The notes beneath the pieces were generated by a model. The model had not been told where the DNA came from and did no database searches. It worked only from the letters and a program-made list of their open reading frames with translations. DNA of 64,000 nucleotides, taken from positions 2,528,001 through 2,592,000 of the forward strand of contig CP147780.1 in the NCBI GenBank assembly GCA_037310415.1, given 5' to 3'. This DNA comes from Candidatus Atabeyarchaeum deiterrae. Its GTDB lineage: Archaea > Asgardarchaeota > Atabeyarchaeia > Atabeyarchaeales > Atabeyarchaeaceae. Shown here piece after piece: positions 10,001-19,143 of the stretch; the stretch's first letter is position 1; every line of letters begins with the position of its first letter. The position numbers were made by a program, and so were the translations under genes.

Positions 10001-10960
10001 CGTTGCGGAGATCTCGGGTTCAAAGTAGTCACCGAATCCACCTGTCCAATATTCTGACTCGGATGCGTTTAGACTCTCAGCTTCATTTAAGAAGTCATGA
10101 ACTAGTTCAAGATCTGTATACCCACCCATCCACTCAACAGTATTTGCAAAGAGATGTTTGCCATTTTCATTCAGAGTTGATGGATCCTGGAATGCCCACC
10201 AGAAGACTCGCCCATTACTTCCACGCGAACTGTAGAGGGCTCCGACGACCGATTCAGTAACTCCTACAACAATACCAAAACTGTAGAGATGGTCAATCGT
10301 GTTCGCTGGATATGATTCAACGCTTACGGCTTGACAGAACATCTCAATCGAGTGAGGCGGGCCAAATCCAGATTCGATAACCTGGTAAGGGGAAGTGAAC
10401 AGCGAGTGGCCATATCTATCAGAGGTTTTCTGAATAATCCCTGTGATGGCTACTCGACCCATAGCTTGGGTGAAGTTAGAGATTCTATCTATAATACCGT
10501 GTGACGCGCCGAGAAGTATTAGAGGCTGCGCCGTTTCGCCGAGTGATTCAGCTTCCTGCAGCGTTATCTCTTTCCCATTAGTTCCTCCACAAGAACTATC
10601 CAACAAGACCAGATTGTAATTCCGCATTAGACTAGAATTTCCGATTGCTGCTTGAATCGGGAGAACTGCCATCTCGTATCCGTAGCTTGTGAGAAACAGA
10701 CTCCAATCATTTGCAAATGAATGTGCTCCTGTTGTAGGGTCATATAAAACGAGGAGCCGGATACTGGAAGCAAGATAATAGAAATCGCCCGAAGGTGAAG
10801 GCAATGAGGAGGAATAAGGCTTGGCGAGTTCATGGAGCGATCTCCCCGACATGGTTGGCAGTCCGGCAGCCTGCAGCCCCGCAGTCAAAGCGCTCCATGA
10901 TAAGAGGATCAGTAAAGAGACTGCCATCTTTGAGGTGTGACATGTTGCGTGGCGGTGCAT
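7004..10960 (-). CDS. Large secreted/membrane-anchored protein with prenyltransferase/squalene-cyclase (alpha-alpha toroid) repeats and Ig-like stalk
   Basis: N-terminal signal peptide; repeated GGF...TY(Y/W/M)A..L units; S/T-rich beta region; C-terminal TM followed by a basic tail. Confidence 0.8.
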   Translation of the reverse strand: MHRHATCHTSKMAVSLLILLSWSALTAGLQAAGLPTMSGRSLHELAKPYSSSLPSPSGDFYYLASSIRLLVLYDPTTGAHSFANDWSLFLTSYGYEMAVLPIQAAIGNSSLMRNYNLVLLDSSCGGTNGKEITLQEAESLGETAQPLILLGASHGIIDRISNFTQAMGRVAITGIIQKTSDRYGHSLFTSPYQVIESGFGPPHSIEMFCQAVSVESYPANTIDHLYSFGIVVGVTESVVGALYSSRGSNGRVFWWAFQDPSTLNENGKHLFANTVEWMGGYTDLELVHDFLNEAESLNASESEYWTGGFGDYFEPEISATYYACESLKLVGRLDVINTSALADWLVDYCYSFTEGAFWSPQRYSTQSSEPTVVETGMALLTLSSFGALGKINVTKTSKYLRSCQLGDGFVRFRGDTSRDVTNTYWALQGLNAAGSLNTINRTRVVDYLLSCQNQNQWDTANYGGFSNAPAGISFATSTYMALTSLKLLGALDSANRIIAEQWLMNGYVPSKGIFYDEHIFHKRNLVNDGTGYSIASLYILGKTQNIDQWLVANYLTAVQFKDGGWSEANCTDEAVDEVRDCYPVILGLQLIGYTNMIRDIGGFIEFLNRCLSPEPMYGFSNIPRTLSNLWQTTNAISTLCNLGLLDSAESTHLFNSIIYSYSDISARFEWLRISYPASSDGYSSFIVEEPFEYSSIQRGRTGVILTDLATTSLLNLDRNSWINSHALQIWNEICQCEVTTGSYCGYYKSFSSAPASNLTAGLRYTYHALNCMRNLAAFLNFTNEFTSHLTDTALTVQRIMSLYDPSTGSFNDDSYMMEPYSPAEATFMSLASLKLLNALSQVDYGKTTAFLQSSLFSNLVDSYYSFKGLQALNELSIINKTSLVKFVKSFEKPDGAFEDNDKVNYRLDTTRMSVEILSDCNYTWVAAKQLKTAIHSVSAPSEMQQGLCYAANFTMTDDKFLSPMTGATARIKLGTHAYSCFETPVSSGKYASNISVPYDNSLLGSQCVTFRCSKERYQTSLTQLTVTISNNRTLIDLVITTPVDVCYLTTSNTSVSASIHALNASWTPIIGASLRLYVNSSLSETASSNSSGQLAFAWKPYCSAAYCISIIFDGSRTLSPANSSKAIYVNKTATRLAISSNHVALDPICVGSILQLGAQLSEITSSKAVANSSITFVVLGPSEKQTTLLSTTRLNGSASAQFTVNENGNYSIYCEFQTTEYYSGSTSEVLLVEATPRSTSNNGDNNDGTGESWETSILDAIFSPLGFSLLIGSGCLMSATYVLRARQRELDSLNNRDNQSTKRGDKAANSKRRFHRRD

Positions 10961-11181
10961 TGATCTGACTGCCCTCCTTCATGATTCTACCGAAAGTGCA
11001 TGAAAGACCCATAGTATTTAAGGCTGAGAAAGGCATTCAGATCCGCTCAGCAAGTTCACTACAGAATGGCCTGGTCGTCAAGGGGGACCACGAAACATAT
11101 CTTCCGTGAAAATCGGCATATCCCGTTTTGATCAAGCGAAATACGAATGAAAAAAAGTAAAGTCTGCCCTGGGTATTCGGA

Positions 11182-12243
11182 CTACACTTCATTCAATATT
11201 TCTTTCTCATCCATGTGGTGGTGACAAATTGGGCAGTAGTCCTTCACGTGCAACCATTCCAACAAGTGGGTCTTGTGACTGGCGTTGCCGCAGTAGGGAC
11301 ACCACATGATCTGGTCACTTCTGTTCAATTCCAAGCCACAAACCATGCATCTTCCCATCCTAGCAGTCGTTCTGCGCTGTCTACCCCTAGCGACAGCTGA
11401 GGCAACAAGGGCTCCTCGCCTTTTCGCTCCAGTTCCTATTGATGCGCTTTCGCTAACGCGAGGATTGGCAGTTCCTGAGTGAACCTCCAAGTTTGCCCCG
11501 CAGTTCCAGCAGAAATTTGCAACTGGAAGGCGCGAGTTTTCACCACAGTATGGACAGAAATTCGCGGATGCTCTTGGTGTGATAGGCTCTTCAAACTCAT
11601 TTGAGTGTTCAGCTTCATCTGGTTCTTGAACCCCGAGAGTTGGAACTAACGTGTCAATTTCCTCTTGACTCAGGGAAGTTGTGTGACTTGACCGTCTCCC
11701 CCCCACTCTACCCGATTGAATGTTCCTTACCAGTCTTCTCCTTCTAACACCCAGAAACACGATCATCACAAGTGCCACTAGGAGCACGATGGAAGTTGGC
11801 ACCAGAACGCCGCCAAGAAACGGCGCGGTGTACATTGTGACTACTATAGAGTTATCTTGGTTGACTACAACGGTAACATCTTTGGTTACATCAGCGTACC
11901 CTTCGTACGAGACCTGGATCGTGTAATATCCAGGTAATACGCTCGCAAAATAGGCGCGCCCTTGGTAGTCCGTATAACCGTTCAACGCGGGTTGACCTCC
12001 GGGTGTCGCGATTGATATAACATGGGCTAAAGAGAGACCTTGTCCATTCTTGTTAACAACGACGACATTCAATCCGCCCGTTGTTGCGTTATAATTGGCA
12101 TTGAAAACGGTTTGCTCGCGGAAAGCATAGCTCTCACGAGGCGACTGATTCGCGCTGCCATTAGCAGCCACAAATGGTGTCATAGCCACTGTTAATAGAA
12201 TCAGAAAAATGAACAATGTTTTCCTGCTAACAGTTGCAGTCAT
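11182..12243 (-). CDS. Single-pass membrane protein: carboxypeptidase-regulatory-like ectodomain, TM, double zinc ribbon, C-terminal RING variant
   Basis: Signal peptide from ATG 12243 (ORF open to 12288); TM then RRRR; CPYC..CWNC; CMVC-x12-CPYC-x4-H-x2-H-LLEW-..CPIC. Confidence 0.85.
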   Translation of the reverse strand: MTATVSRKTLFIFLILLTVAMTPFVAANGSANQSPRESYAFREQTVFNANYNATTGGLNVVVVNKNGQGLSLAHVISIATPGGQPALNGYTDYQGRAYFASVLPGYYTIQVSYEGYADVTKDVTVVVNQDNSIVVTMYTAPFLGGVLVPTSIVLLVALVMIVFLGVRRRRLVRNIQSGRVGGRRSSHTTSLSQEEIDTLVPTLGVQEPDEAEHSNEFEEPITPRASANFCPYCGENSRLPVANFCWNCGANLEVHSGTANPRVSESASIGTGAKRRGALVASAVARGRQRRTTARMGRCMVCGLELNRSDQIMWCPYCGNASHKTHLLEWLHVKDYCPICHHHMDEKEILNEV

Positions 12244-12408
12244 TTTTTCCCCCCGGAGTTTTTGAACTCGTTTCCCATGCAAGGACACACTATATCAATC
12301 AATGAAAACGTTCCGCTTTTATATTTTGTCTTTCTGCTAAAAGAGGAGAACTCAAGACTGAAGCAAGGGTCTGCAATCTGATGAAAATGAAGATCTAATT
12401 TCTTGTCA

Positions 12409-14043
12409 CTACTGCGAAACTTTTCCCCTAGGCAGGGTTGCCTCGGTTTCATCTACATGTGCTCCGTTCTCGCATTCCTTGGTTGCGAATGTGTCGCTTC
12501 TCTTAAGCACTAGAGATGCCAACCCTTTGCCGCTAACCTTTCCCAGAGAGGATGCCAGATCTCTTCTGACGATGCGTCGCACATCTGGAAGTCGACCCCT
12601 AACGACTGAGAGTTTATTATCTGAGTCTAAGGACGACAAATTCTCGCTGAGCACTCTTGATATGCTTTCGGCCACAGGCGGCTCACCTAAGATTGTGAGG
12701 CTGACTTCAAAATAACCTGAACTTTCTGCTTCCTTCAGGTGTTTGAACGTATTCTTTGCCTCTTCCGTTCTTCTTGTCGCGTCTGCCACAACATTTTGAC
12801 GTTCTGGTGGCAATATCCTGTTCTTTGATCTCCGAGTGAGTATTCCACTCTTGAATTGCTCGACGACTTGGCTCATGGCATATTGGTAGGTCTCGCCTGT
12901 TTCAACGAGTTCCTTGCAAAGAACACTTTCAGGTAGGGGCTTTACGTGAAGGATAACCGCAAAGTTCTTCAGAGTCCTTTGGTTCGAGGTCAGTTTATCA
13001 AGTTCATCGACGATATTGGCGCTATCAGTTTCACTTGTTTGTTTTGGGCCAATTAGATGAATCAAGCGTAGTCTGGTGGTCCTTCCTGAATTGCCTGAAG
13101 TGAGTACCTTGACATTGTAGCCATCACTCTCGATATACTCAACGTCCTCGAGCTTGGTTGAGAAAGGAGCCATGAGCACCTTCTTAGCGATGGTGTTGTC
13201 ATCTACTGGTCTTACTGAGAGCGATGTAAGACCAGCTGCTTTGATACTATCGGACAGTGTTCGGGAGAAGTCGTCAATAATCGCTCGACACTTTCGATAG
13301 TCCCGTCCCTCGCAAGCTGATGAAACAAAGAAGAGCGGAGCGCCGTCTTGGAAAAACATGTCTAGGCTTGTCTCTATACCTAGTTTTCTCGCCATGATCA
13401 ACGGCCTCATCAACCTCTTAGTCATCTCTTTGCCGTTTCCACAAGGGACAAGAAGTCTTGTTTTGCTGGCATGTTGTTGCCTGACTTCTATGAATTTTAG
13501 CACTTTGAAGCCTCTTCTTCCTGCACCGTATACTATGTGACCTTCCTCTAGGCCCTTAGGTAGCAGGGCGTGTCCTTTCAATCTCCAATGATGCTTGAAA
13601 CCAGTTTGGCTTGACAAGAATCTGCCAATATGCTGCCTTTTCCGATAGATGACATAGACTATAAATGGAAGTGACAAAGCAGACAACTTCATTGGGACGC
13701 TCATCGGGTATGGAATCGGCGCGGATACGACCATATTGAAGATGAATAGTAGTGGAACGACTGTGATGAAAAGAAACTTCGTTAATCCTGATAATGGTCT
13801 TAGGCGATCTAGTCTCGTCGTGAGGACGAGTGAGACCGCTAATACAAGAACAGCGGTCACAATCTGGGATAGCAAGCTCAAACCGCCAAATGTCGCCATT
13901 GACCATCCAAGAACCTGTAGGAATAGGTAGACCGCGACAATGATGAAGAAGAAACTCAATAGCCATCTATTGAAGAAAAGGCGCAACAAGCCCATGATGA
14001 ACACCACCATCCGCCTAAACGCTGTATAAGCAAGCATCCTCAA
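12409..14043 (-). CDS. Membrane protein (about 4 N-terminal TM helices) with large soluble domain, function unknown
   Basis: 544-aa ORF; hydrophobic first ~135 aa; no P-loop detected. Confidence 0.65.
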   Translation of the reverse strand: MRMLAYTAFRRMVVFIMGLLRLFFNRWLLSFFFIIVAVYLFLQVLGWSMATFGGLSLLSQIVTAVLVLAVSLVLTTRLDRLRPLSGLTKFLFITVVPLLFIFNMVVSAPIPYPMSVPMKLSALSLPFIVYVIYRKRQHIGRFLSSQTGFKHHWRLKGHALLPKGLEEGHIVYGAGRRGFKVLKFIEVRQQHASKTRLLVPCGNGKEMTKRLMRPLIMARKLGIETSLDMFFQDGAPLFFVSSACEGRDYRKCRAIIDDFSRTLSDSIKAAGLTSLSVRPVDDNTIAKKVLMAPFSTKLEDVEYIESDGYNVKVLTSGNSGRTTRLRLIHLIGPKQTSETDSANIVDELDKLTSNQRTLKNFAVILHVKPLPESVLCKELVETGETYQYAMSQVVEQFKSGILTRRSKNRILPPERQNVVADATRRTEEAKNTFKHLKEAESSGYFEVSLTILGEPPVAESISRVLSENLSSLDSDNKLSVVRGRLPDVRRIVRRDLASSLGKVSGKGLASLVLKRSDTFATKECENGAHVDETEATLPRGKVSQ

Positions 14044-14148
14044 ACTACGGGAGGCATGTTTGCTACGTAGATTCGTATCATTGAGTGGTTCCTTATAAGA
14101 TCATAATTCGATCGATCTCACGCGGCGCCAGCCTTTCGTCTGAAGTGC

Positions 14149-14853
14149 TCAAACGCTTGCGGTTTGCGTTATACCCAGATGAGTGATTGCATATTCTGCA
14201 CTGCTCCCGATTTGCCTTATCAATGGGCTCTTTGTAATCGTTGCCAACCCAATGTGCTTCATTGTATCCAGTATCTCGAGTTTGAGCTCGTACTTCGCAG
14301 CTCTGGAGACTGCATCTCCTCCAACTGGTTTCGATATCTGCGGATCCGATGGATCCGCTGTCACTTGATTGAGGAGGAGGATCGCGATATCGAACTTTCT
14401 TGCAATTTTGAGGAGGGCAGGAATCTGCTCTTCTGCAAATCTCCTGAATACTTTGGTGAAAGGACTTAGCGCGACTTCGATCCGGTAGTGTTTCGCAATA
14501 GTGTCAACGATTATGAGTCCAAGGTTGGTCATACTCCACGATCTCCCTCCCGAGTTATGCAGGGTTAAGAACTGGTCATGTTGTTCTTCGAAAGACAGTG
14601 GTTGGGCAACAGCGATCCTTTGCATAAAGGCAGGATCCCTACCATCAAGTATTTGACGCAATCTTGAGGCTGGAAACATTTGTTCTGTGTCGAAATATAG
14701 TACATCGTAACCAAGCGAGCATGCTGTGATCGATAATTGAAGTGCGAAAGTAGTCTTGCCACACCCTGCGCACCCGTAAACGTGGGTTAGTAGACCCGTC
14801 TGAACTCCCCCGTCAAGCAAGTTATCTATGGGGCTACCTGAAGAGATTCTCAT
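14149..14853 (-). CDS. radB: RadB-like RecA/Rad51 paralog
   Basis: IDNLLDGG..G.LTHVYG.AGCGKT Walker A, LIIVDTI Walker B, NQV and PVGG motifs; no RadA N-terminal domain; ATG 14853 preferred (ORF open to 14889). Confidence 0.85.
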   Translation of the reverse strand: MRISSGSPIDNLLDGGVQTGLLTHVYGCAGCGKTTFALQLSITACSLGYDVLYFDTEQMFPASRLRQILDGRDPAFMQRIAVAQPLSFEEQHDQFLTLHNSGGRSWSMTNLGLIIVDTIAKHYRIEVALSPFTKVFRRFAEEQIPALLKIARKFDIAILLLNQVTADPSDPQISKPVGGDAVSRAAKYELKLEILDTMKHIGLATITKSPLIRQIGSSAEYAITHLGITQTASV

Positions 14854-15054
14854 GCTCTGATTCCTCTCTGTATGCAGGAAGCGAAGCATTCTGAGGCAAT
14901 GGAAGGGGTCTGCTACAGCCCTCTTCTTTCAAGTCGATTTTGGGAGATGGGAATTGAAGGAGAGAACTGTAGTCGGATCATTGAGGACCCCGTATGTTGC
15001 CTCAGGGAGGCATTGCTTATAAGACTAAAAACCCGAAAGCCAGCCGACTCTAGT

Positions 15055-15864
15055 CTAGAGCAAAACCCTCGAGATTTCCTTGATGGACTGAGTGTAAATG
15101 TGGTCAGGGTTCCGGAGTATGAACAATTGATCCAGTTTGCTCAGCATTACGTCACAAAGGCATGGGATTATCGTCACGACTGGATACTTCAGCCGTTTCT
15201 TCAAGTCTCGCTTCATTTTCTCTTTATCCTCTTCTTTGGATATCGCGCTCGGAAAGGCGAAGTTCACCACGATGTGAGGGTCCAGAGGCTGGAGCTGGCG
15301 GTAGAACCCTTTTATTAGCTTTTCTGTCCCGATGAGGTCCGGCACGTCCATCCTAGTTAGCAGAAGTAGCTTGTCGCTGGAGACCATCGCGTTAACTGAG
15401 GAGTGAGCTACTCCAGGACTTGTGTCAAAAACTATGAAATCATAGTTGAGTTCGCCTAATGCAGCGCCCTTCAGTTTGCTTATTTTCGTTAGAGCGTTAA
15501 TCTGCCATTGCTCAGTCAGAAGCTTCAAGGTGATCAGGTCGATGGACTGAGGATCTGAATCAGCGAGAATAACATCTAGCGGCAGATCTATTTTCTTTGG
15601 GTGGATCACTACTTCATCTGCGTCCGTCTTGTCAAAAAGATAGTCATTTACGTACACTTTCACTTCGTCATCATTGATTCCGAACAGGGCTTGAATGCTT
15701 GGAGCTCTGAAGTCCATGTCAACAAGTAGTACTTTTTTTCCTGTTTGAGCGAGGTATATGGAGAGGTTTGATGCAATTGAGGTTTTGCCAGTTCCTCCCT
15801 TATAGCTGTGAACTGAAACTGCAAGCTTCCTGCTGCTGCTGCTCTTTCTCTTCCGGTCGCTCAC
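15055..15864 (-). CDS. MinD/ParA-family ATPase
   Basis: Deviant Walker A SYKGGTGKTS, LLVDMDFRAPS, YDFIVFDTSPG. Confidence 0.9.
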   Translation of the reverse strand: MSDRKRKSSSSRKLAVSVHSYKGGTGKTSIASNLSIYLAQTGKKVLLVDMDFRAPSIQALFGINDDEVKVYVNDYLFDKTDADEVVIHPKKIDLPLDVILADSDPQSIDLITLKLLTEQWQINALTKISKLKGAALGELNYDFIVFDTSPGVAHSSVNAMVSSDKLLLLTRMDVPDLIGTEKLIKGFYRQLQPLDPHIVVNFAFPSAISKEEDKEKMKRDLKKRLKYPVVTIIPCLCDVMLSKLDQLFILRNPDHIYTQSIKEISRVLL

Positions 15865-16000
15865 TTCGAACCACTCCTCTTGCTTTTCCGTTTCGGTTCT
15901 TGGAAAGTTGTTTGTGTGTCGGACACAATTAACTTATAATAGTTCTATATTAATAAGGTGTGTGCATTCCTTGCCATGAACAAGGGAGGGAAAGAGAATA

Positions 16001-16480
16001 GTGGGGCGCTTGCCAGAATCCTCGCCGCCGTCATCGCCGTCTACAGGTGGTTTGTTGCCAGCAAATGAAAACAGCGTCATCATAACGCGGCTGGACAAGA
16101 TAGCATCGCTACTCGAAAAGTTGCTGAACGTTCTTGCTGAGATATCGGAGCGCCTTGAAAACAAGAACGGAATAGACAAAGTTAGCAGGAACGCTGAAGA
16201 CAAGGACATAACAAAGTATCTCCCAAAGGGGGCGAACCTTTCAACGTTGCTGGAGTTACCTGACCACCTACGCAACCCTCTGATGGCACTATTCAAGTTG
16301 GGGGGCAAAGGCACTGCAAAGCAGGTGAGTCAGAAGCTTGGGATAAGTAGACCTCAAGCCAGCGCAACCTTGAATAGCCTCGTGCATCTGCATCTATTGG
16401 TCAAGAAACGAGAAAGCAAAGAAGGACGGAGGGGAGCTGACGCAATCTTCTCAGTTCCCGATGGAAAACTGCAGAAATGA
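16001..16480 (+). CDS. Winged-helix DNA-binding protein with N-terminal coiled segment
   Basis: LLELPDHLR..LMALFKLG..GTAKQVSQKLGISRPQASATLNSLV HTH; divergent from the ParA/MinD gene. Confidence 0.8.
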   Translation: MGRLPESSPPSSPSTGGLLPANENSVIITRLDKIASLLEKLLNVLAEISERLENKNGIDKVSRNAEDKDITKYLPKGANLSTLLELPDHLRNPLMALFKLGGKGTAKQVSQKLGISRPQASATLNSLVHLHLLVKKRESKEGRRGADAIFSVPDGKLQK

Positions 16481-16555
16481 CGACAGAGACAACGACATTG
16501 TCAGACATCACGTATGCTACCTTTCTGGTCAGAGAATGAAAGAGATAAAAAGAGG

Positions 16556-16981
16556 CTACTGATGTTTCTTCGGGCTCTGTTTTGCCAGACTACTCTGCTT
16601 TTCTTGGCTGCTCTTCTCCATCTTTTCGCCTTTCCAGCTCTTAAGCCAATCAGCGACTTCCCGTGCCACTGTGCTTCTTGACATGTCGATAACAGGGATG
16701 TCAACTGTTCCAATGCTAACCCTCTCTGCGTATTGAGGCATGGGTGCAAAACTGATACTAAGCCAGTAACTGCGACCTTGGATAAGCTCCTTAAACAAAG
16801 GTGTGGATGTAGGAGTAAGAGGCACCCCCGTGAAAACTATCCCATCGGCCCAGTTCAGTAGGCTAGGCTGTCCTATTCGGAAGAGAACTGCTGCGATGTT
16901 TGCCAGTTCTTCCTTTGTTTCGTATTGAACAACTTCCATAATGAAGATTTGTTTAACCGGATTGTAGAGGATTTCGATCAT
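16556..16981 (-). CDS. Hypothetical protein (resembles a conserved archaeal family, LxWADG motif)
   Basis: ATG 16981 preceded by a GGAGGTG SD-like sequence; globular alpha/beta composition. Confidence 0.65.
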   Translation of the reverse strand: MIEILYNPVKQIFIMEVVQYETKEELANIAAVLFRIGQPSLLNWADGIVFTGVPLTPTSTPLFKELIQGRSYWLSISFAPMPQYAERVSIGTVDIPVIDMSRSTVAREVADWLKSWKGEKMEKSSQEKQSSLAKQSPKKHQ

Positions 16982-17068
16982 GGAGTTCAACAACACCTCC
17001 AGACGCGGTTCCCATCAAGTTGCTTTGGACGAATTGCCTTGGTGATTAGAGTGTTAAGTAGTCGCCTT

Positions 17069-18769
17069 TTATTTAAGCTCATCTCTTGCTGCTAACGTCT
17101 CCATAGAACTTAAGATGTGTCTAGCAGGCGACCTGCGCCCAAGTCCCCAGTAATTGGAGAAGCTCAGAGGCTTTACCTCCACTACTTTAACTTCTTCAAG
17201 TCTGGATTTTCTCATTCGTCGCACTATGATGATGCATGCTATCGCTATGACTGTAATTATTGGAGAAGCAATCACCAACGCCAATGTCAGGTCGAAATAG
17301 ATATAGTTCCCTCCACCATTGTTCGCGACTGCAAGATTTCCCGCGTAGTCGTATGCTTCGATATAATACTCGACCGATGAAGAGTGTTGAGGGGGTATTA
17401 CGGCAGAGTATATGTCGTCGTCTCCGATGGGAGTCATTGCAGTTCTTAGCCATGTCTTTCCGCTATCAGATGAATATACTAGAGTGGCATTCTTGACGGC
17501 GCTTGAACTGCTTCCAACATCAGTTATGGAGACTTGGATAGTCGCCGGCATTGATGTCGGCCAAAGAAACTGAATAGCGCTACTTATATCGATCTTGGGT
17601 GGGGTATTGTCCTGACTAATCAAGCTGATTGATACACGGAAGGACTGCGAGTACTGAGCCAAGATCGTTATGTTTATGTTATTTGAATAATCTAGAAGCT
17701 TGTTTGAGCTCGGGCTAACTGTGAAGGGAGCTTGTGAAAGTGTGCGATTAGGATGCTGCACCTGCACTATTCCTTGACCTGATTCACGGGTCTCATCACA
17801 ATAGAGGATCAACGTCCCATTTGAGGGCAGATTTACATCATATGGGAAATCTCTTTGTCTGTCCTCAACCAAATAGTATGTTTTAGTAGTGATTGGAATC
17901 TTTATTGCTGTGAAGTTAGTTCCTTGAATCTCAAGCGGATCAAGAATGCCGATGAGCATTCTCCCGACAAGAGTCGAATTTGCAGAGATCCATCCTAGTG
18001 CGATTCTGCTCCATGATGTCATCTGCGAAGGAAGCCAAGCTCCAGTCGCCATCAGATCCCACGGACCCACATAGGTGTCAGGACTGCTCTTGTACAAGTC
18101 TGGTAATCCCAAGAGGTGCCCGAATTCGTGTGCAAATATCCCCGCTGGGTCCGACTCTGCCACAATGGACGCTTCCTGAATGACAACACCGTCATTTGTC
18201 TGTAACCATATGCCGCTCCAAGTGGCTGACCAAATATCGTTTGGGCTATGTGATGATGCTTGATCGTTGCCTGAGTGTACAACCACTACTTTGTCGTAGT
18301 CGGCAAAGTTGACATAGGTGTCGACATTTTTGACGACATCCCGTACCAGCCACCAACTATAGTCGTCCGATCCGTACTGTATTGTGGTGTTGCTGAGGTG
18401 CACCCAATCAGTCGTGTTTCCAGTTATTGTCATCTTGTCGTATGATACTTCTTCGTAGTATGACCTCATATCCGTAAAAACGGTGGAGTTTATCTGCGAA
18501 CGAGTCTTGGAGTAAGGCACGTCAGAGAGTTCAGCAAGTATCACAATCACGCTATGGTTCTGAATAGGCGGTGCGCCGTCTTGATGAATCTGCTGGTTGG
18601 TCCACACTTCATTCAAGGTCTTTCCTGATTGGGCACTATTCAACATGGCTCCTGCGATAGGAGTATACGCGGCTGCAACATAATATGCAGGAATTATGAG
18701 AACCGCTATCAGTACGCCGATCTTGAGAAAACTCTTCTGTCCGGTCTGAGCTGCGGGATTGTTCTTCAA
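17069..18769 (-). CDS. M6 (immune inhibitor A) family metalloprotease, membrane anchored
   Basis: AHEFGHLLGLPDLY zinc motif, YYEEVSY, VVHSG..Q, WDLMATG; signal peptide and C-terminal TM. Confidence 0.9.
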   Translation of the reverse strand: MKNNPAAQTGQKSFLKIGVLIAVLIIPAYYVAAAYTPIAGAMLNSAQSGKTLNEVWTNQQIHQDGAPPIQNHSVIVILAELSDVPYSKTRSQINSTVFTDMRSYYEEVSYDKMTITGNTTDWVHLSNTTIQYGSDDYSWWLVRDVVKNVDTYVNFADYDKVVVVHSGNDQASSHSPNDIWSATWSGIWLQTNDGVVIQEASIVAESDPAGIFAHEFGHLLGLPDLYKSSPDTYVGPWDLMATGAWLPSQMTSWSRIALGWISANSTLVGRMLIGILDPLEIQGTNFTAIKIPITTKTYYLVEDRQRDFPYDVNLPSNGTLILYCDETRESGQGIVQVQHPNRTLSQAPFTVSPSSNKLLDYSNNINITILAQYSQSFRVSISLISQDNTPPKIDISSAIQFLWPTSMPATIQVSITDVGSSSSAVKNATLVYSSDSGKTWLRTAMTPIGDDDIYSAVIPPQHSSSVEYYIEAYDYAGNLAVANNGGGNYIYFDLTLALVIASPIITVIAIACIIIVRRMRKSRLEEVKVVEVKPLSFSNYWGLGRRSPARHILSSMETLAARDELK

Positions 18770-18779
18770 GGAGTGCTTC

Positions 18780-19040
18780 TCATCCTCCAGCCACCGGCAA
18801 TATCAAGGATACTTCATCTCCTTCTTTCAGAAGAGGCGCGTCGAGCTCAGCTTTCCTCACTATTCTTCCTCCTATGAATGCGCCTGCTTGCTTCAAGTTC
18901 TCTTCTGCCTTCGGATATTCTTCCAAGATGTTGTCTAGGAGTTCTTTGATTGTGCCTTTCTTAAGCTGAAATATATGTCTTTCTTCGCCGATCACTTGTT
19001 TCAAAGGCCCAACGAATCTTGCGCTGACTTTCAACGTCAT
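18780..19040 (-). CDS. MoaD/ThiS/SAMP ubiquitin-like sulfur carrier
   Basis: Beta-grasp pattern ending LKEGDEVSLILPVAGG; ATG 19040 preferred (ORF open to 19070). Confidence 0.9.
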   Translation of the reverse strand: MTLKVSARFVGPLKQVIGEERHIFQLKKGTIKELLDNILEEYPKAEENLKQAGAFIGGRIVRKAELDAPLLKEGDEVSLILPVAGG

Positions 19041-19143
19041 GTCCCTCGGTTGCACCCGTTTTGCTGGCACCTTGTGCGCTTTGATGGAATCTGAAAGTTG
19101 GCCTGGAATTTCCCCTAGTCCGCTATGTCGTACACCTATTGAA

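Noticed and set aside
7004-10960. Rab geranylgeranyltransferase acting on the Rab-like GTPase
   Set aside because: Repeats are predicted extracellular, no alpha subunit is evident, and the GTPase has no C-terminal Cys
18780-19040. GG-ending protein as the ubiquitin used by the RING proteins
   Set aside because: Sequence is MoaD/SAMP-like (GDEV...PVAGG) and lies beside a ThiI-like gene; it is not eukaryote-type ubiquitin, and no E2 is in the window
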